Notes: generated by a model not told the origin, from the letters alone. Shown: positions 40,161 through 52,455, counted from the stretch's first letter. The stretch is DNA of 64,000 nt from Camelus dromedarius (GCF_036321535.1 NC_087437.1:20648001-20712000), one strand, 5' to 3'. Made by a program: numbers and translations.

Positions 40161-43100
40161 AAATGAGGTATGTAGAATCACTTTTGTTTCCCCTCCAAAA
40201 TAAAAATATTTCAGGCTTTGGGATTACCAATACTGAGCATTCTGGTCAGAATTCAGGGGTATGTAAAAGGAAGGGGAGCTGTGCCTTTTTGGAACTTTTT
40301 TCACTTGAACAGCGATGCCCACACAGTCAGGTGATGCGTAGGATGTCACATGGTGTGGATCCGTCCCCAGACGCTGCCCATCAGCCACTCTGGCACTTGG
40401 CTAAGACACCTAGTGTCCAGTCTCTGTTCCCGGTGAGGTGAGGACACTGGCTTTTTTTTTTTTTTTAACAGATTAGATTTTCTCCACTAATTGGTTATTG
40501 TTTCTTCAAATTATCTTCTGAGAAAACTGTGAACTCTCCCCGATGTCACACAGAAGAGATTTCTTTGAACTCATCTTAGAGATATGCCTTCAGAAAGGCC
40601 AACAGACATCCTTCTCACCCCTCAGTAGAGCAAAGTCTTATTCATCCTACAGAACATCTCTTAGCTGCAGCCTCCTCCAGGAAGCCATCCTGGACACCCC
40701 CAGACTGAGTTACGTGCCCCTCTTCCTGGCTCTCACAGCTCCCCCTACAATTCCTTCTAAGCACAGACCCCTCTGGGCTGAACCATTTATTTCAGTCTCC
40801 CTGCCCCATCTGTAGCCCCATGAGCCTCTGTGTGCCCAGCCCCCTGTGCAGCTCCTGGAAAGCACGTTTCTAAGTAGAAGTCTGATGAATACACACATGT
40901 GTGATGAGCAACAGTTGGACAAGACTTTCTCTTCAGAGTCCACAAAACGACATTAGGACTCTGGTATCCCTCCAAACCCTTCTTGAGAAGCCTTTAATTA
41001 AAAGTGAAGTTCTTCATGCCTTGATGTCCCCTTCTGCAGAATGGGGCGTGAAGACATCTTAACATTGTTCAAGCTTGCTGGTCTTGGCCTTGTTCTAGGG
41101 TGGAGGCTGAGCTAGGAGTCCTCCCTAGCACAGCGCCCTCCCCCCAGCCAGGCTCTCAGAGGCTGGGCAGGTGTTGCGCCCGTCTTCCCTCTCCCCACTC
41201 CTTCCCAGCCAAGCACACAGAGGTTTCTCCAGGCTGCGTCTGCTTGGAGGTTGAGAAGGCCCAACAGGGGCCGAGGCCACAAACCCTCCAGGAGGGCTTG
41301 AGTCCCCAGCACCTGCCTGGAACCATTCATTGGTCCTCACAGCTGGGAGAGGGCAGCAGCTAGCTCCCCCCTGGCTTTGGCAGGGCGAGGCATGGCAGCA
41401 AGTGAGCGGGCAGTCAGCTGCAGCCCTGCCAAGATCTTGGCTGGCAAGACAGAGAGTCCTGGTGGCTGGAAGGCCCTCAGATGGGGGATTCAAGTCACCA
41501 GATCCCTCATTCCTCTGACAGTGCTGATGCGAACCTGTGGCTAAAACAAGCCTCACTTGGTAAAGCTGAGTACAGCCCCTGAGTAGCCAGCCTTTCCTTC
41601 GAAATAACAGCAAATTATAACCAGCCACCTCCCCCAGGATGCCCACCTGGCCTGTGCCAGCAGCTTGGGAGCCACAGCCCTGGGTTTCCAAGGCTCATCT
41701 AACATTTATCTCACAGGCATCCCTGGCCTTGCCACTCACTTTTGTCTTGTGTGTTGAAGCCCAATTTGATGGGGTCCAGCCAGAGTCCTTCCACTGCCAG
41801 GATTAAATGTGACTTTTGTTCTGCCAAGTGCCAGCTGGTAGAAAGGACCCTCAGCCTTATTGCCAAGCCACTTGCCACCCGGGTAGAGGCTGAGGCCCCG
41901 AGGAGGATGGCAAGGCCCCTCCGCCAGATGGTGGCTGAGGCCGGCCAGCACCCAGGGCTGCCAGCTGCTCAGCCACTTCCCACTGAACTGTGAGGCAGGG
42001 TCGGGGAGAGGAGGAGGCCCTGGAGTGGAACTGAATTCTAAAGGCTTCTTGACCCCAATTCATGGTCCAGCCCCCAACACTGCGCCCCCTACAGCCACTC
42101 CCTGGCCATCACCACCCCCATCTTTCCTGTCTGTCCCTGGACCCTCTGTCCCTGGGGAGAGTGAATTATTCTGCTGGGTGAGGAAGGAGGTGAGGGGAAG
42201 GGATGCTGATGGACTGAGCGAGGAGAGAGGGGGAAGTAATGGTCACAATGGAGGTGGCTGAGCCGGCGTCACTGGGGTCCTGGAAGGGGCATTTCGGGTC
42301 AATGCTGAGGTCCGTGGTGTGGCCCAGGGAGTGGTAGCCAGGTGGAGGAGCGGGGCCCTGAGGATGAGGCGGTCCAGAACTAGGAGGCTGAGTGATGAGA
42401 GGTTGTGCCAGCGGAGGATTCCATCATCGGGGTGGGGGGCGTGGGTGGAAAGGGGACCAGGGAGGCCAGACCAGAGCCCTGACAAATGAGGGGCCAGAGG
42501 TCAGCAGATGACAGCAGCAAGGATCAGGAGAGGACCTAGCGCAGTGGTGTGAGCCATGGAGGAGCTGGGGCTTCTCCCAGCAGATGGAGGCTGCAGAGCT
42601 TTGTATGTGGCAGAGGAAGCCAGAAGTCCTGAGACGCAAACATCCCCCAGGGAAGGCTGAAGGGCAGTGGTGTCCTGGGAGAGAACACTGGGCTCAATCA
42701 GGGCAGGAGGTGGAGAGAGCTTTCAGAGAAGTCGGGGCGCCATTTTCGTGTGGAGCGGCAGTTCCAGAGGGCACAATGGGAGACCCGAGAGGGGGAAGCT
42801 GAGGGCTGGGGTCAGAGGTAAGGAGGTGCAGAGCATTGTCAGGGGGCTGGCACTTAGAGAAACCACAGCCACTGGAAGGAGGCTCTTCCAAGCATCGCAA
42901 TCGACTGGACCTTGACATCACCCATTCTCCCTTCCTTTGCGCCTGTCTTCCATTAACTCTCCTCCTTTCCTGGAAGCTTGTGCCATCGTGTTTCTAAGAT
43001 TCCTTCTTCATTTTGCTGGAGTACCTCCTTAAGTAGCTTTCAGGCTGGGTGGGTAGAGGTTCTTCTTTAAGAGCCACTGAACACATCTGAAAATGTTGCT

Positions 43101-45324
43101 GCTGTCTGTTCTGCAGCAGTGTAGCTCCCCTTTGCCTCAGAGCACCGTGGAGTCATTTGGTGAGAACGTTTTGCTGGCCCCACTTTGCCGTTGAGTACTG
43201 GGGCAGGGAGCTGGTGGGTGGGCTGGCCCTTAGGGCATGTCACCCAGATGGAAGTGTCTTCCAGTCTCCACGGCCCACCACGGCCACCTCTGCGGTGGAG
43301 AAGGGCTCACGCTCCATTGGGCTTCTCTGTTGGACATCAGCACCGACCAGGAGCCTCCCCAAGGCTGCCCACCTCCTTCAGAGAGCCGGCCAGGGCATCG
43401 GCCGGGACAAGTGCCCCAGACGTTGGGCTTACACACCTTTAAGGGATCACCCTGATCACTCCGTGCATACTCTGCCCTTTGTTGCTGGAGCTTGGGGCTT
43501 CTCAGGGAGCTTCTTCGGTAAGAACCACGTTCACCCCTGGTGTCCAGGGCTGCTGGCTCTCTACTTGGTTTCTCCACCATCCTATCCACCTGTTTTCTGT
43601 CTTCCTGAAATTTACCCTAGTGTCTTCAGTGACTGACTCTCCAGCTGTCAGTTCCTTCATACACACACATGTCACATGTGCACATGTCATTTCAGGGAGA
43701 TGCTGGGTGGAAGGGGCACACACATGTGGGTCCAGGCTGCCCCCTTGAGCACAGCCACACACCGTTCAGGGCAGGTTGTGCATAACGGAGGGCTGTTTTG
43801 CTGCGCATCTCTCCTCCACGCATGTGAAGTGACTGGACTGCCCTCTATCCCGGGGAAAGCGAGGGCCCCCCCTGGGCTGTGGGGACCACCTGTGCCCGTC
43901 ATGCTTGTTGGCAGAGGGTTCATCTGAAGATGCTGCCTTTGTCCCAGCTATAGTCACAACCCTTTTTGCTGGGGAAACAGTAAAACTTACTAAGAGAAAA
44001 CTCTAGATTCTGAGTACTATCTAGATGTAAGCTGAGGTCTCTGTTGGCCTTTAAAGCTAGGTGGTACAAAGATGCCATATTTTAGAAATGAGCAGGTAAT
44101 GACATATTTGTCCATTTGTATAGTGCTAAGGGGATTGACACCTGACAGCTGTAGACCTAGAAGGTGGAGGAGCCAAGTCACTGGGGAGGAGATGACCCTT
44201 GATTTGTGTCCTGAGAGAGGAGGCAGGCTTCTGACAGCAGTACAGGGAAGGGTGTTCTAGCTGAAGGAATAGCATGAGGGGAGGCCCAGAGGCACGCAGG
44301 CAGTTCTCTGAGTCTTTGGACACCAAGGCCATAGTCTGCAGAAAGTGAGTCACACAGTGTCTGTCATGTAGAAAGTGTATGCCTTTGCCCCTATGTTCGT
44401 CTTCTCCTTTCTCTTGCAGAAAACAGACAGTTCCCAGGTCTACTTAAGTTCTGATTTCAGGGTTGTCACTCAAAGCTTCCCCCATCTGCTGATCATTGTC
44501 AAAAACTGTTGCTAAAGAACTTCACCTCTTGACCTTAAAAACATTGTTCTTTTTTTCAAAATATAAATGTAGGGAAAGGGTTCAGGTAGTGACTAACATG
44601 TCTTGGCATCTCCCCACTGTCAGCAGAGGAGACCTCAAGGGGCCCAGAGAAGCAGCTTAAGCCACCAATCTCTGTGCCAGGATCTCTGCTGTTTCCATCA
44701 ATGACATGACCGTCATAGCCAGATAAACTAACTCCCCTATTTTATTGACAGCAAAACAGAGGCCCTGGGAAGTTCTGTGGCTTACTCAGGGTCAGGCAGG
44801 AGGTGAGTGGTGGAGAATTATGGAATATTCAGCTTACCGGAGAACTTTGGAAATGATTGCCTTATGATATTTTTAGCACAGAACCAGACATCCAGCCCTG
44901 GCCCCAGTAAATCTTCATCAAGAGCAAAGCATTGTTGTCAATTAAGATGATGTACTGGGGCATCTTTAGAACTACAATAAGTAAATTGGTACTATTTTTA
45001 AAGGTACATCTCAGGCTGATAGCCTGAAATAAGATATAGTGTAGAGAGAACGCCTTTGAGGGAAGGAGCATGTTGTATCATACTGTCGTCACAAGGCATG
45101 GGTGGAGGTGTCACTACCCCGATTTTACAGATGAGAAAAATATGGCTCCAGGAAGGCGAGCCAGCTGGCCCCCTGGTGGTGGGAGCAGGAACTGGGATTC
45201 CAAGCCAGCCCTTTCTCCCCTCCTTGCCCACTGGGGCAGGTGGGAAGATGCCTGAATTGTGTCATATTCACACCCACCCACCAGGAAGCCAGGGCACTCC
45301 TAACTCAGTCAGTGACTTTTATTT

Positions 45325-46040
45325 TTAATGTAAACTTGTTTTTGAAGTATAACATATATACTGAAAATGTACAGGTCTCAGGTGCTTAAGCCTGATGATG
45401 TTTACAAACTGAACACAGTGGTATTGCCAGAACTCAACTCAAAGAGCGGAACCATACCTGCCCCCAAATCACTGCTCCCCCCGTGTCACCACTGCCCTAA
45501 CTTCATCATCCTGTTTTGAAGTCTATACAGATGAAGTTACACAAAATGTTCTTTTACCTGAAATGATGTTCAAGTGATTCATCCATGGTTTTTTTGCATG
45601 TAATTGTGATTCCTTCCTCCTTATGGCTGATCAGTGTTCTACTATATGAAGAGACACAGTTTATGTACACGTTTCACCATTGGTGGACTGTGGAATTCTT
45701 GTTTCCAGTTTGGTGCCTCTCTTAGCATCCATGTACGTGTTGGTGAGCGTGTGTACACCAGGAGGAGGCTGTGAGCCATAAGCTCAGCCTTAGTGGATGC
45801 TCCTCGTTTTCCCAAGTGGTTGTGTCAGTTCACTCGCCCACCTGAAGCCATATGAGAGTTCCAGTTGCTCCACAGCCTCATCAGCACTTGCTACTGTCTT
45901 GTTTTCATTGGAGCCATTCTTATTGGCATACAGCAGAGTCACATTATAGTGTTAATTTTGCACTTCTCTGATGACTCTTGAAGTTGAGCACTTTTTCTTA
46001 TATTTATGGGCTACTTGGATATTCATGATTCCTTTTTAAA
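45325..46040 (-). mobile_element. L1ME-like 3' UTR fragment
   Basis: ttttgaagtataacatatatactgaaaatgtac...tgagagttccagttgctccacagcctcatcagcacttg...gttgagcactttttctta. Confidence 0.75.
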
Positions 46041-47769
46041 AGTCTGTCTTTGTCGGGGAAATATTTCTAAGGATCGCTCCCGTACTGAAAGATGCTGTGT
46101 TTCTCTTCCCACCTGGGTGATCATTTACAAGCCTTGACGTTTGGTAGTTCTGAGAAGGCTTCCACAGTCAAGGAGAGAAAGAAAGGAGTTGGGGGTTGGT
46201 CCAGGCCACGTTGGGCATCCTCAGAGCTCTGGAAGTGCCACGGCCATGACAAGAACTTTCTCTGTGCACTCTGGGGTTAGTTACTTTGAAGTCATCAGTT
46301 AACATTCCCTCAGAAATGAGGCTAGATGGTTTATATTTCACATTTAGAGCTAAAGATATGCTCTGAACTCCAACCCCTCTTTCTCGCTTCCTATGGAGTT
46401 TGGGCTCTGGATCGATTTCGGTAACTGCAGAGGAATGAAGGTAAACAGAGCTCTTTCCTTCTCTTCAGCTCCTAACTGGGCAGGAAACACACAGGGAATC
46501 AGGTTTGCAGACCAGGCTTAGCATTTTGGGCATTAGGGACCTACTATGTGCCTAGAGCTCTAAAGTGATTGAGAAACTTTTAAGCTTTGGCAATGACTAT
46601 CAAATGATAACAGCTCGAAATTTTCCTGATGCAAAATGCAAGCCTGTTTTCCTTCAATCAGAGAAGGAACTGCTGGCCTCCCTGGAGAGCCCATGTTTAA
46701 CAGCCCTGCCCAAGCTCATCCTCACAAAAGACGACCAAACAAATGCCTGGATGGGGAGGAGATGGCTGGAAGTGCTGTATGTTGAATCCCTACTGTGTGC
46801 TGGTCACTGTGCCCAGTGCCTTACACTTTCTAACTCATTCAGCCTTCACCACAAATCTCTTGTCAATTAAGACCTGCCCTGTTCTTAGGGCAGGTGCAGG
46901 AGTGTGGGGAGCCAAGACAGAAACGTTGCCAGGTAAGAGCAATTTATTTCAATAGCTTAAAACAGCTGTAGAAGACCCGCCCCCACAAAAGCAGCAAGTC
47001 ATCTCATTCATTTAACAGACCGTTTCTGGGCCATCCCCCTGGGACAGCCTCCTGGGGGCTGGGGGGTGGATCCTAAGACAGATGAGTCAGGCTCATGTCT
47101 TTTAAGAAGTTCACGCTTTGTAACCATTCATTGTTAAATGAATGAAATAGAAAATCCTTGCCACACTTGTTTGAGTGGAGGAGGACAGCACCAGGGCCAG
47201 GGTGGGCCCAAGGCGCACATACCCAGAGGGGTTCAGCCAAGACACCCGGAGTGGGGACCAGCATTTCCCGAGCTCCCACTGTGCACTGTGCCCAGGGTGA
47301 AGTGCAGTGCACCTGTCGTTTTCTTTAATCTTCTCTGGAAATCTGCAGATCGTTGCTCCATTTTACAGATGAAGAAATAAGCACTCAGAGTACCTTTCAT
47401 AAAGGCACAAACTTACAGCTGGCAGAGCTGGAGCTCAAGATCAGGGACTCCAGATTCCTAGAGATCCTCAGGAAGGGGATGTGCTGGAGGAACTGGGTCT
47501 GATGGCCCCGAGAATAGGAATGTGGCAGGCTGGGTCCACGTTGGAATAGGTGAGTGTGAGAGCAGAAAAGATATTTGGTGGCAGGGTAGCTCGTTTAGGT
47601 TGGTGCAGACCTCACACAGGAGAAGTGCGCACCGGTGAGCTGGAAAGTGATCAGAGCCAGAGTAAGAACCTGTGGACTGTGCGAGCCTGGGAGACAGGTG
47701 ACCCTCTCCTTCCCTTCTCACCTTAAAACAACCTTTCATAATTGCATGGAGTTTGAGGGATGCAGCATG

Positions 47770-48190
47770 CATCTCCAAATACTGGCTTTTGGACCGTGTG
47801 ATTCTGGACAAGCTTCTTCACCTCTGAGCCTCAGCTTCCTCTTCTCTAAAGTAGGAACGATCCCCTCTAAATGAGATAAACCTAACATAGAAAGGGGGAC
47901 AGAACAGTTGCTCAATAAATGTGGTTAAGCTATAAGAGTTTCTAGCTGCCTGGGTCCAACACCCAGCTTTGCCATTTACCAGCTGTGTGTCCTTGGGCAA
48001 GTGACTTACCCTCTCTGTGCTTCTGTTTCCTCTTCCTTAAAGTGGGGGTAATAATAATAGTTCCTAGTACAAGAGGTTATAGTGATATGAGTTCGATACC
48101 TACATTCACGTGAGTTGGTACAAATCAAGAGCTTAGCACAGCACCTAGCCACGTAATACACCTTCAGGAAACAATAGCTACAATTATATT
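47770..48190 (+). mobile_element. Two tandem MIR SINEs
   Basis: cctctgagcctcagcttcctcttctctaaagtagg and gctgtgtgtccttgggcaagtgacttaccctctctgtgcttctgtttcctc...agcttagcacagcacctagc. Many more MIRs are present, e.g. 1-110, 715-840, 5770-5950, 13880-14030, 15900-16100, 23300-23470, 27270-27520, 33880-34060 and 37120-37320. Confidence 0.75.
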
Positions 48191-48811
48191 TCATCTCTCA
48201 TGTTGCACAGTAAACAAGGAGAAATTGCTTATTAAGTAAAGGACTTTTCAGGTTTTTTCCTCCCCAGCATCCAGCGGCACAGGTAGCAAGCATTGGTGCC
48301 ATAGGAGCTAAAAGGAGATCGTGGAAACTTGCAGTGGGAAGATCAGCTTCCAGCAAGATGTCGAAGATGGGAGGATTCGGGTCGGAAGAGGGGGAAAGGG
48401 GTTCACAGAGGCATAATTCAGGGGATAGTGCAAAGCTCGAATCAGAACTACATGGAGGACAGGGAGCAGGAGAACTGGGCACAGGGGTGTTGCCAGGGAA
48501 GAGATAGAGACACCTGGAGCGGGGTCAAGTGTTGGCCAAGACCACGTGACTCAGGGTGAGTGATCTGCCTTCTAGGCCTGAAAAGGGATACCTAGGCCTC
48601 CCTGGCTAACCACGAGGGTTTGTATGAGGATCAAAAGGGGATACGGAGGTAAAAGTGTGCCACCACGCAGCCTCGCCTCAAGTGAAGGAGGGCTGGACAC
48701 ACTCTTGTGCACAGCTTCCAAAGCATCAGCCAAGTCCGGCTCTGATCTTCATCGCTCTCCTTATTAACTCTGCAGCTCTAGTAAATGAAAATTCCTATAA
48801 AAAGCACTCTT

Positions 48812-49839
48812 TTTTTTTTTTGGCGAGGGAGCTTTTTAAAATGGCATATTCTTTTTTTTTTTTATTGAAGTTTAATTGATTTACAATGTGTTGGTTTCTG
48901 GTGTACAGCATAGTGATTCAGTTATACATATATATATATATTCTTTTTCATTATAGTTATTACAAGCTATTGAATACAGTTCCCTGTGCTATACAGTAGG
49001 ACCTAGTTTTTTTTATCTATTCTGTGTATAGTAGTTTGTACCTGCCAATCCCAAACACCTAATTTATCCCTCCCCGCACTTTCCCCTTTGATAACCATAA
49101 GTTTGTTTTCTATGTCTGTGAGTTTATTTCTGTCTTGTAAATAAGTTCATTTGTGTCATTTTTTTAGATTCCACATGTAAGTGATACCATAGGATATTTG
49201 TCTTTCTCTGTCTGACTTACTTCACTTAGAATGACGATCTCTAGGTCCATCCATGTTGTTGCAAATGGCATTATTTCATTCTTTTTATGGCTGAGTAGTA
49301 TTCCATTGTACATATGTACCATATCTTCTTTATCCAGTTATCTGTCAATGGACATTTAGGTTGTTTCCATGTCTTGGCTATTGTAAATAGTGCTGCTATG
49401 AACACTGAGATACATGTATCATTTTTTTTTAGTATATATGCATTTTTTTATTGAAGTATAGTCAGTCTACAATGTTGTGTCAATTTCTGGTGTACAGCAT
49501 AATGCTTTAGTCATACATGAACACAGATATATTAATTTTCACATTCTTTTTCAACATAAGGTACTACAAGATATTGAATATAGTTCCGTTCTATGCAGTA
49601 TAAACTTGTTGTTTATCTATTTTATATATATTAGTATCTGCATATTGCATGTATCTTTCCGAACTAGAGTTTCCTCCAGATATGTGCCCAGGAGTGGGAT
49701 TATTGGATCATATGGTAACTCTATTTTTAGTTTTTAAAGGAATCTCCGTATTGTTTCCCATAATGGCTGCACCAAACTACATTCCCACCAGTAGTGTAGG
49801 AGGGTCCCCTTTTCTCCACACCCTCTCCAGCATTTATCG
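48812..49839 (-). mobile_element. 5'-truncated cetartiodactyl-type L1 with a 16-bp TSD, containing a nested insertion
   Basis: Poly-T then tttattgaag...gtgtacagcatagtgattcagttatacatat..., a typical L1 3' UTR and ORF2 end in reverse. TSD TATAAAAAGCACTCTT (48796-48811) / TATAAAATGCACTCTT (49840-49855). Confidence 0.88.
49421..49645 (-). mobile_element. Short younger L1 3'-end fragment nested in the L1 above
   Basis: A second poly-T plus L1 3' terminus (ttattgaagtatagtcagt...), flanked by TACATGTATC (49411-49420) / TGCATGTATC (49646-49655). The host L1 reads continuously once it is removed. Confidence 0.8.
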
Positions 49840-50129
49840 TATAAAATGCACTCTTGACCACCTTCCCATCTCTTCTATCCCCTTGTGATATTATTCCTGT
49901 CACAACTCTTGTGTTAGCATTTACCATTTACAGTTTTATTGTATCAATGCATATTATTGGATGCTTTTAAAATATCACTTGTTCTATTGACAAAAAAAGT
50001 GTTAAGATGCAGCTCCAGGCCTCCACCATGTTCCTGCCTACTTGGGGAAACTAGGGCTGTGCAAGCCTCCAAGACAGCATGTGACCACCAGCATCTTCAC
50101 TCCTGATCCAGCTGACTGATACATTCCTC

Positions 50130-50495
50130 TCCCTCCAGGCCTCCCAGCCTGTCCTGTTTTATGCCTCTGTGCTTTTTCCTGTTTTCTCTGCCTAGAATGC
50201 CCTCCCCAACCTCACATCACATAAAACTCCTATTCACCCTTCAAAATCCCATTCAGGTATCCTCTCTTTGAAGCTTTCAAACAACACTTCCGTACAGGAA
50301 CTGCCCAGTGTCTGTCCCTGTGCATTTAGGAATTATTGCATATATTACACTCTATTACAATTATTCACATATTTAAACTCAGACCAGGACCCTTCCTCCA
50401 CTTCCAGAGCTGCCTTTGGCCTTGAGTTAGTTATCTCTGTATCACTGGGGCCTGGAAGAGAATAAAAGCTTCATAAGTATGTCTGCAATAAAGCT
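50130..50495 (+). mobile_element. L2 3' remnant
   Basis: tgcctagaatgccctcccc...aaactcctattcacccttcaaaatccc...atctctgtatcactggggcctgg. Similar degraded L2 pieces occur at ~6590-6760, ~24040-24400(-) and ~40630-40890. Confidence 0.6.
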
Positions 50496-51080
50496 AGTTA
50501 AAACTCAGTCGTAAGTCCAGAGGTTCCTTGGCTTATGGATTTTAACTCATGATGTTTTCTAGAACTGGGTATTAGAAGAAATGCATTTCTCTGACCATCA
50601 AAAGAGGACACAGGAGAAGTTTGAGGGTCCAAAGTCATTTTAAACAGCCCCCCTAAACCTCACCTGCTTCTAAGAAGCACCCCCTGCAGATCCACCCTAG
50701 GTCAGCCTCTCATTTTTATCACAATCCGCTGTGAGAAGTATTTTTTTACATTGAGACACACACATCACAGTGTGAAACATCTACCTCAGAGACAGAGCTG
50801 ACATGGAACCCCTTGATACAGGCATTGCTTTCCATTTTCTCTTTCTTTTCTATTTTTTCAAAATTGCTGGTCACCACCCAGTGAATTGATTCCATGATTC
50901 TTCAGTCTAATCGTTTGCATTCCAGTTTGAAGAACACTGCTAGAAGCCTTCAGCTCATATAACCAGACAAGACTTCTCAGAGTGGGAGCCCGGGGCCCTG
51001 AAGGGCAGCTCAGAGGGCAGGCGGGCCAGGGGTGTGCAGGCAGCAGGTGGGGGTGAGAGGCATGAGGAAGCAGGGGCGAG

Positions 51081-51105
51081 ACTAATCCACGCCCTCTCTT
51101 TGCAG
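51081..51105 (+). promoter_or_regulatory. SPSB4: 3' splice acceptor of the SPSB4 last intron (branch point, pyrimidine tract, AG)
   Basis: ACTAAT branch-point match at 51081-51086, then ccacgccctctctttgCAG ending at 51105, directly before the in-frame SOCS-box codons. Confidence 0.9.
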
Positions 51106-51233
51106 CCGAGCCCCTGCCGTTGATGGACCTGTGCCGGAGATCCATCCGCCTGGCCCTGGGCCGCCAGCGCCTGGGGGACATCGGCTCCCTGCCCCTGCCT
51201 CAGTCTCTCAAAAACTATCTGCAGTACCAGTGA
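51106..51233 (+). CDS. SPSB4: Terminal coding exon of SPSB4 (SPRY domain and SOCS box protein 4), encoding the SOCS box
   Basis: After the acceptor ...ctctttgcag| the frame reads (C)CC GAG CCC CTG CCG TTG ATG GAC CTG TGC CGG ... CAG TAC CAG TGA = (P)EPLPLMDLCRRSIRLALGRQRLGDIGSLPLPQSLKNYLQYQ*. It contains a BC box (PLMDLC) and a cullin-5 box (LPLP). The C-terminus QSLKNYLQYQ matches SPSB4 as recalled, whereas SPSB1 ends ASLKAYLLYQ. Phase-1 intron; upstream exons lie outside the window. Confidence 0.93.
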
Positions 51234-51481
51234 GCCAGGGCGGAGGGGCAGCGGGGACACCCACAGCCCCCGGCCTGTCATCTCACCGTCACCCAGGACA
51301 TCTTCCCAACTTTGAAAACGAAATGTCTGTTGCCAACAGTATTTTCTGCCTTGGAAGCCGCCCTCCCAAGTCAGATACCTCCAGGAAGAGCCCAGAGCCT
51401 GCAGAGATCCTGCCCGCCCAGCAGGACACAGCGGCCACTGGTATATTGATCCAAGAGCCTGTTTCCTTATTCAAGAGGATG

Positions 51482-51487
51482 AATAAA
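51482..51487 (+). terminator. SPSB4: Candidate proximal poly(A) signal
   Basis: AATAAA ~250 nt after the stop codon, with GU-rich ctttctgttgtgtg ~20 nt downstream. Confidence 0.4.
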
Positions 51488-52455
51488 ACATTTGGGCAGG
51501 AGACTTTCTGTTGTGTGCCCTGGTGCAGACGGGGCCAGGGGAAAATTGGCCAGCTCCGGGAGCAAATTGCCTCTGAATAATGAATGGTGAAAGCAGCTTG
51601 ACGCCGGTGCCCCTCTGCGCCCCCACCCCTCGCCAGGGCAGCAGGATTGTCGTGACACTTTAGGACTTTGTACCCCTTTGAATGACTGTTACCCAGGGAT
51701 GCCCAACTGCAGAATCGGCAAGTGGACAAAGCAGTGTGGAGACACCTCCCAGCTTACCTCTCTGAACATTGTTTACTTCCTCCTCTCGCGTGCGTGCCCT
51801 CCTTCCCCACCGCGGACCCCCAGTCTCTGGATGCCCCAAGCACCTCTATTCAGGGAAGCTGAGTCTGACTAATTCACCCCAGGGACAGAGTATATCCTTT
51901 ATTATTGTTGTTGTTTTAAGTTGCATTTTAAAATGATGTGGTGAGGGCAGTACTTAGTCCAAAGGTGCTAAAGGGGGAACTGGGGGCATTGTGACGCCCA
52001 CAGGGATGATGTCCTGGGGCTGGGGAGGTTTCCTGGGGTGCTGAGGGTCTCCAGGCAACCGTCCGTTCAGGATACAGCCTGGCTGCCACAAAGCTTTATT
52101 TGAGCGAATTATTTTTTCACTTTAGGAGACTTGTATGAGTCTGTTTCTGTTTCACGTGTGTGTGTGTGTGACGTGCTGTTTATTTATCAGTTTGGGGCCG
52201 TGGGGGCAGCCTTGTAACTGGACAGGTGGATGTGGGGCACCTTCACCTGCCGGAGGGAGCCTGTCCTCCCACAGGGACGATGCTGCCCCCACTGCGGCCG
52301 CCGCCACCACCACAGCACCTCTCGTGTTTCCAACGCTTTCTGCCCAGACTGATTTTTAACTGGAAATTGTCACAGCAGTGGGATACCAGAGCCCCAGATG
52401 GCACTGCTTCCCGCCACTTTAATGTGAATTTGACTGATGAATGAGGAGCGTTTCT

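Larger units (their letters stand above)
1..51105 (+). other. SPSB4: Distal part (>51 kb) of the last intron of SPSB4
   Basis: No SPRY-domain exon is recognisable upstream in the window, and the sequence is repeat-rich and non-coding up to the acceptor at 51105. A very long final intron agrees with my recall of mammalian SPSB4 structure. Confidence 0.75.

Noticed and set aside
39471..45179. Additional CTCF-like matches (39471-39483, 41921-41933, 42577-42589, 45167-45179)
   Set aside because: Each deviates at a conserved position or sits in a MIR relic; such matches are expected by chance in GC-rich DNA.
51131..51580. 149-aa + strand ORF overlapping the SPSB4 exon
   Set aside because: It is in a different frame from the SOCS box, starts at GTG and runs into the 3' UTR with no recognisable homology.
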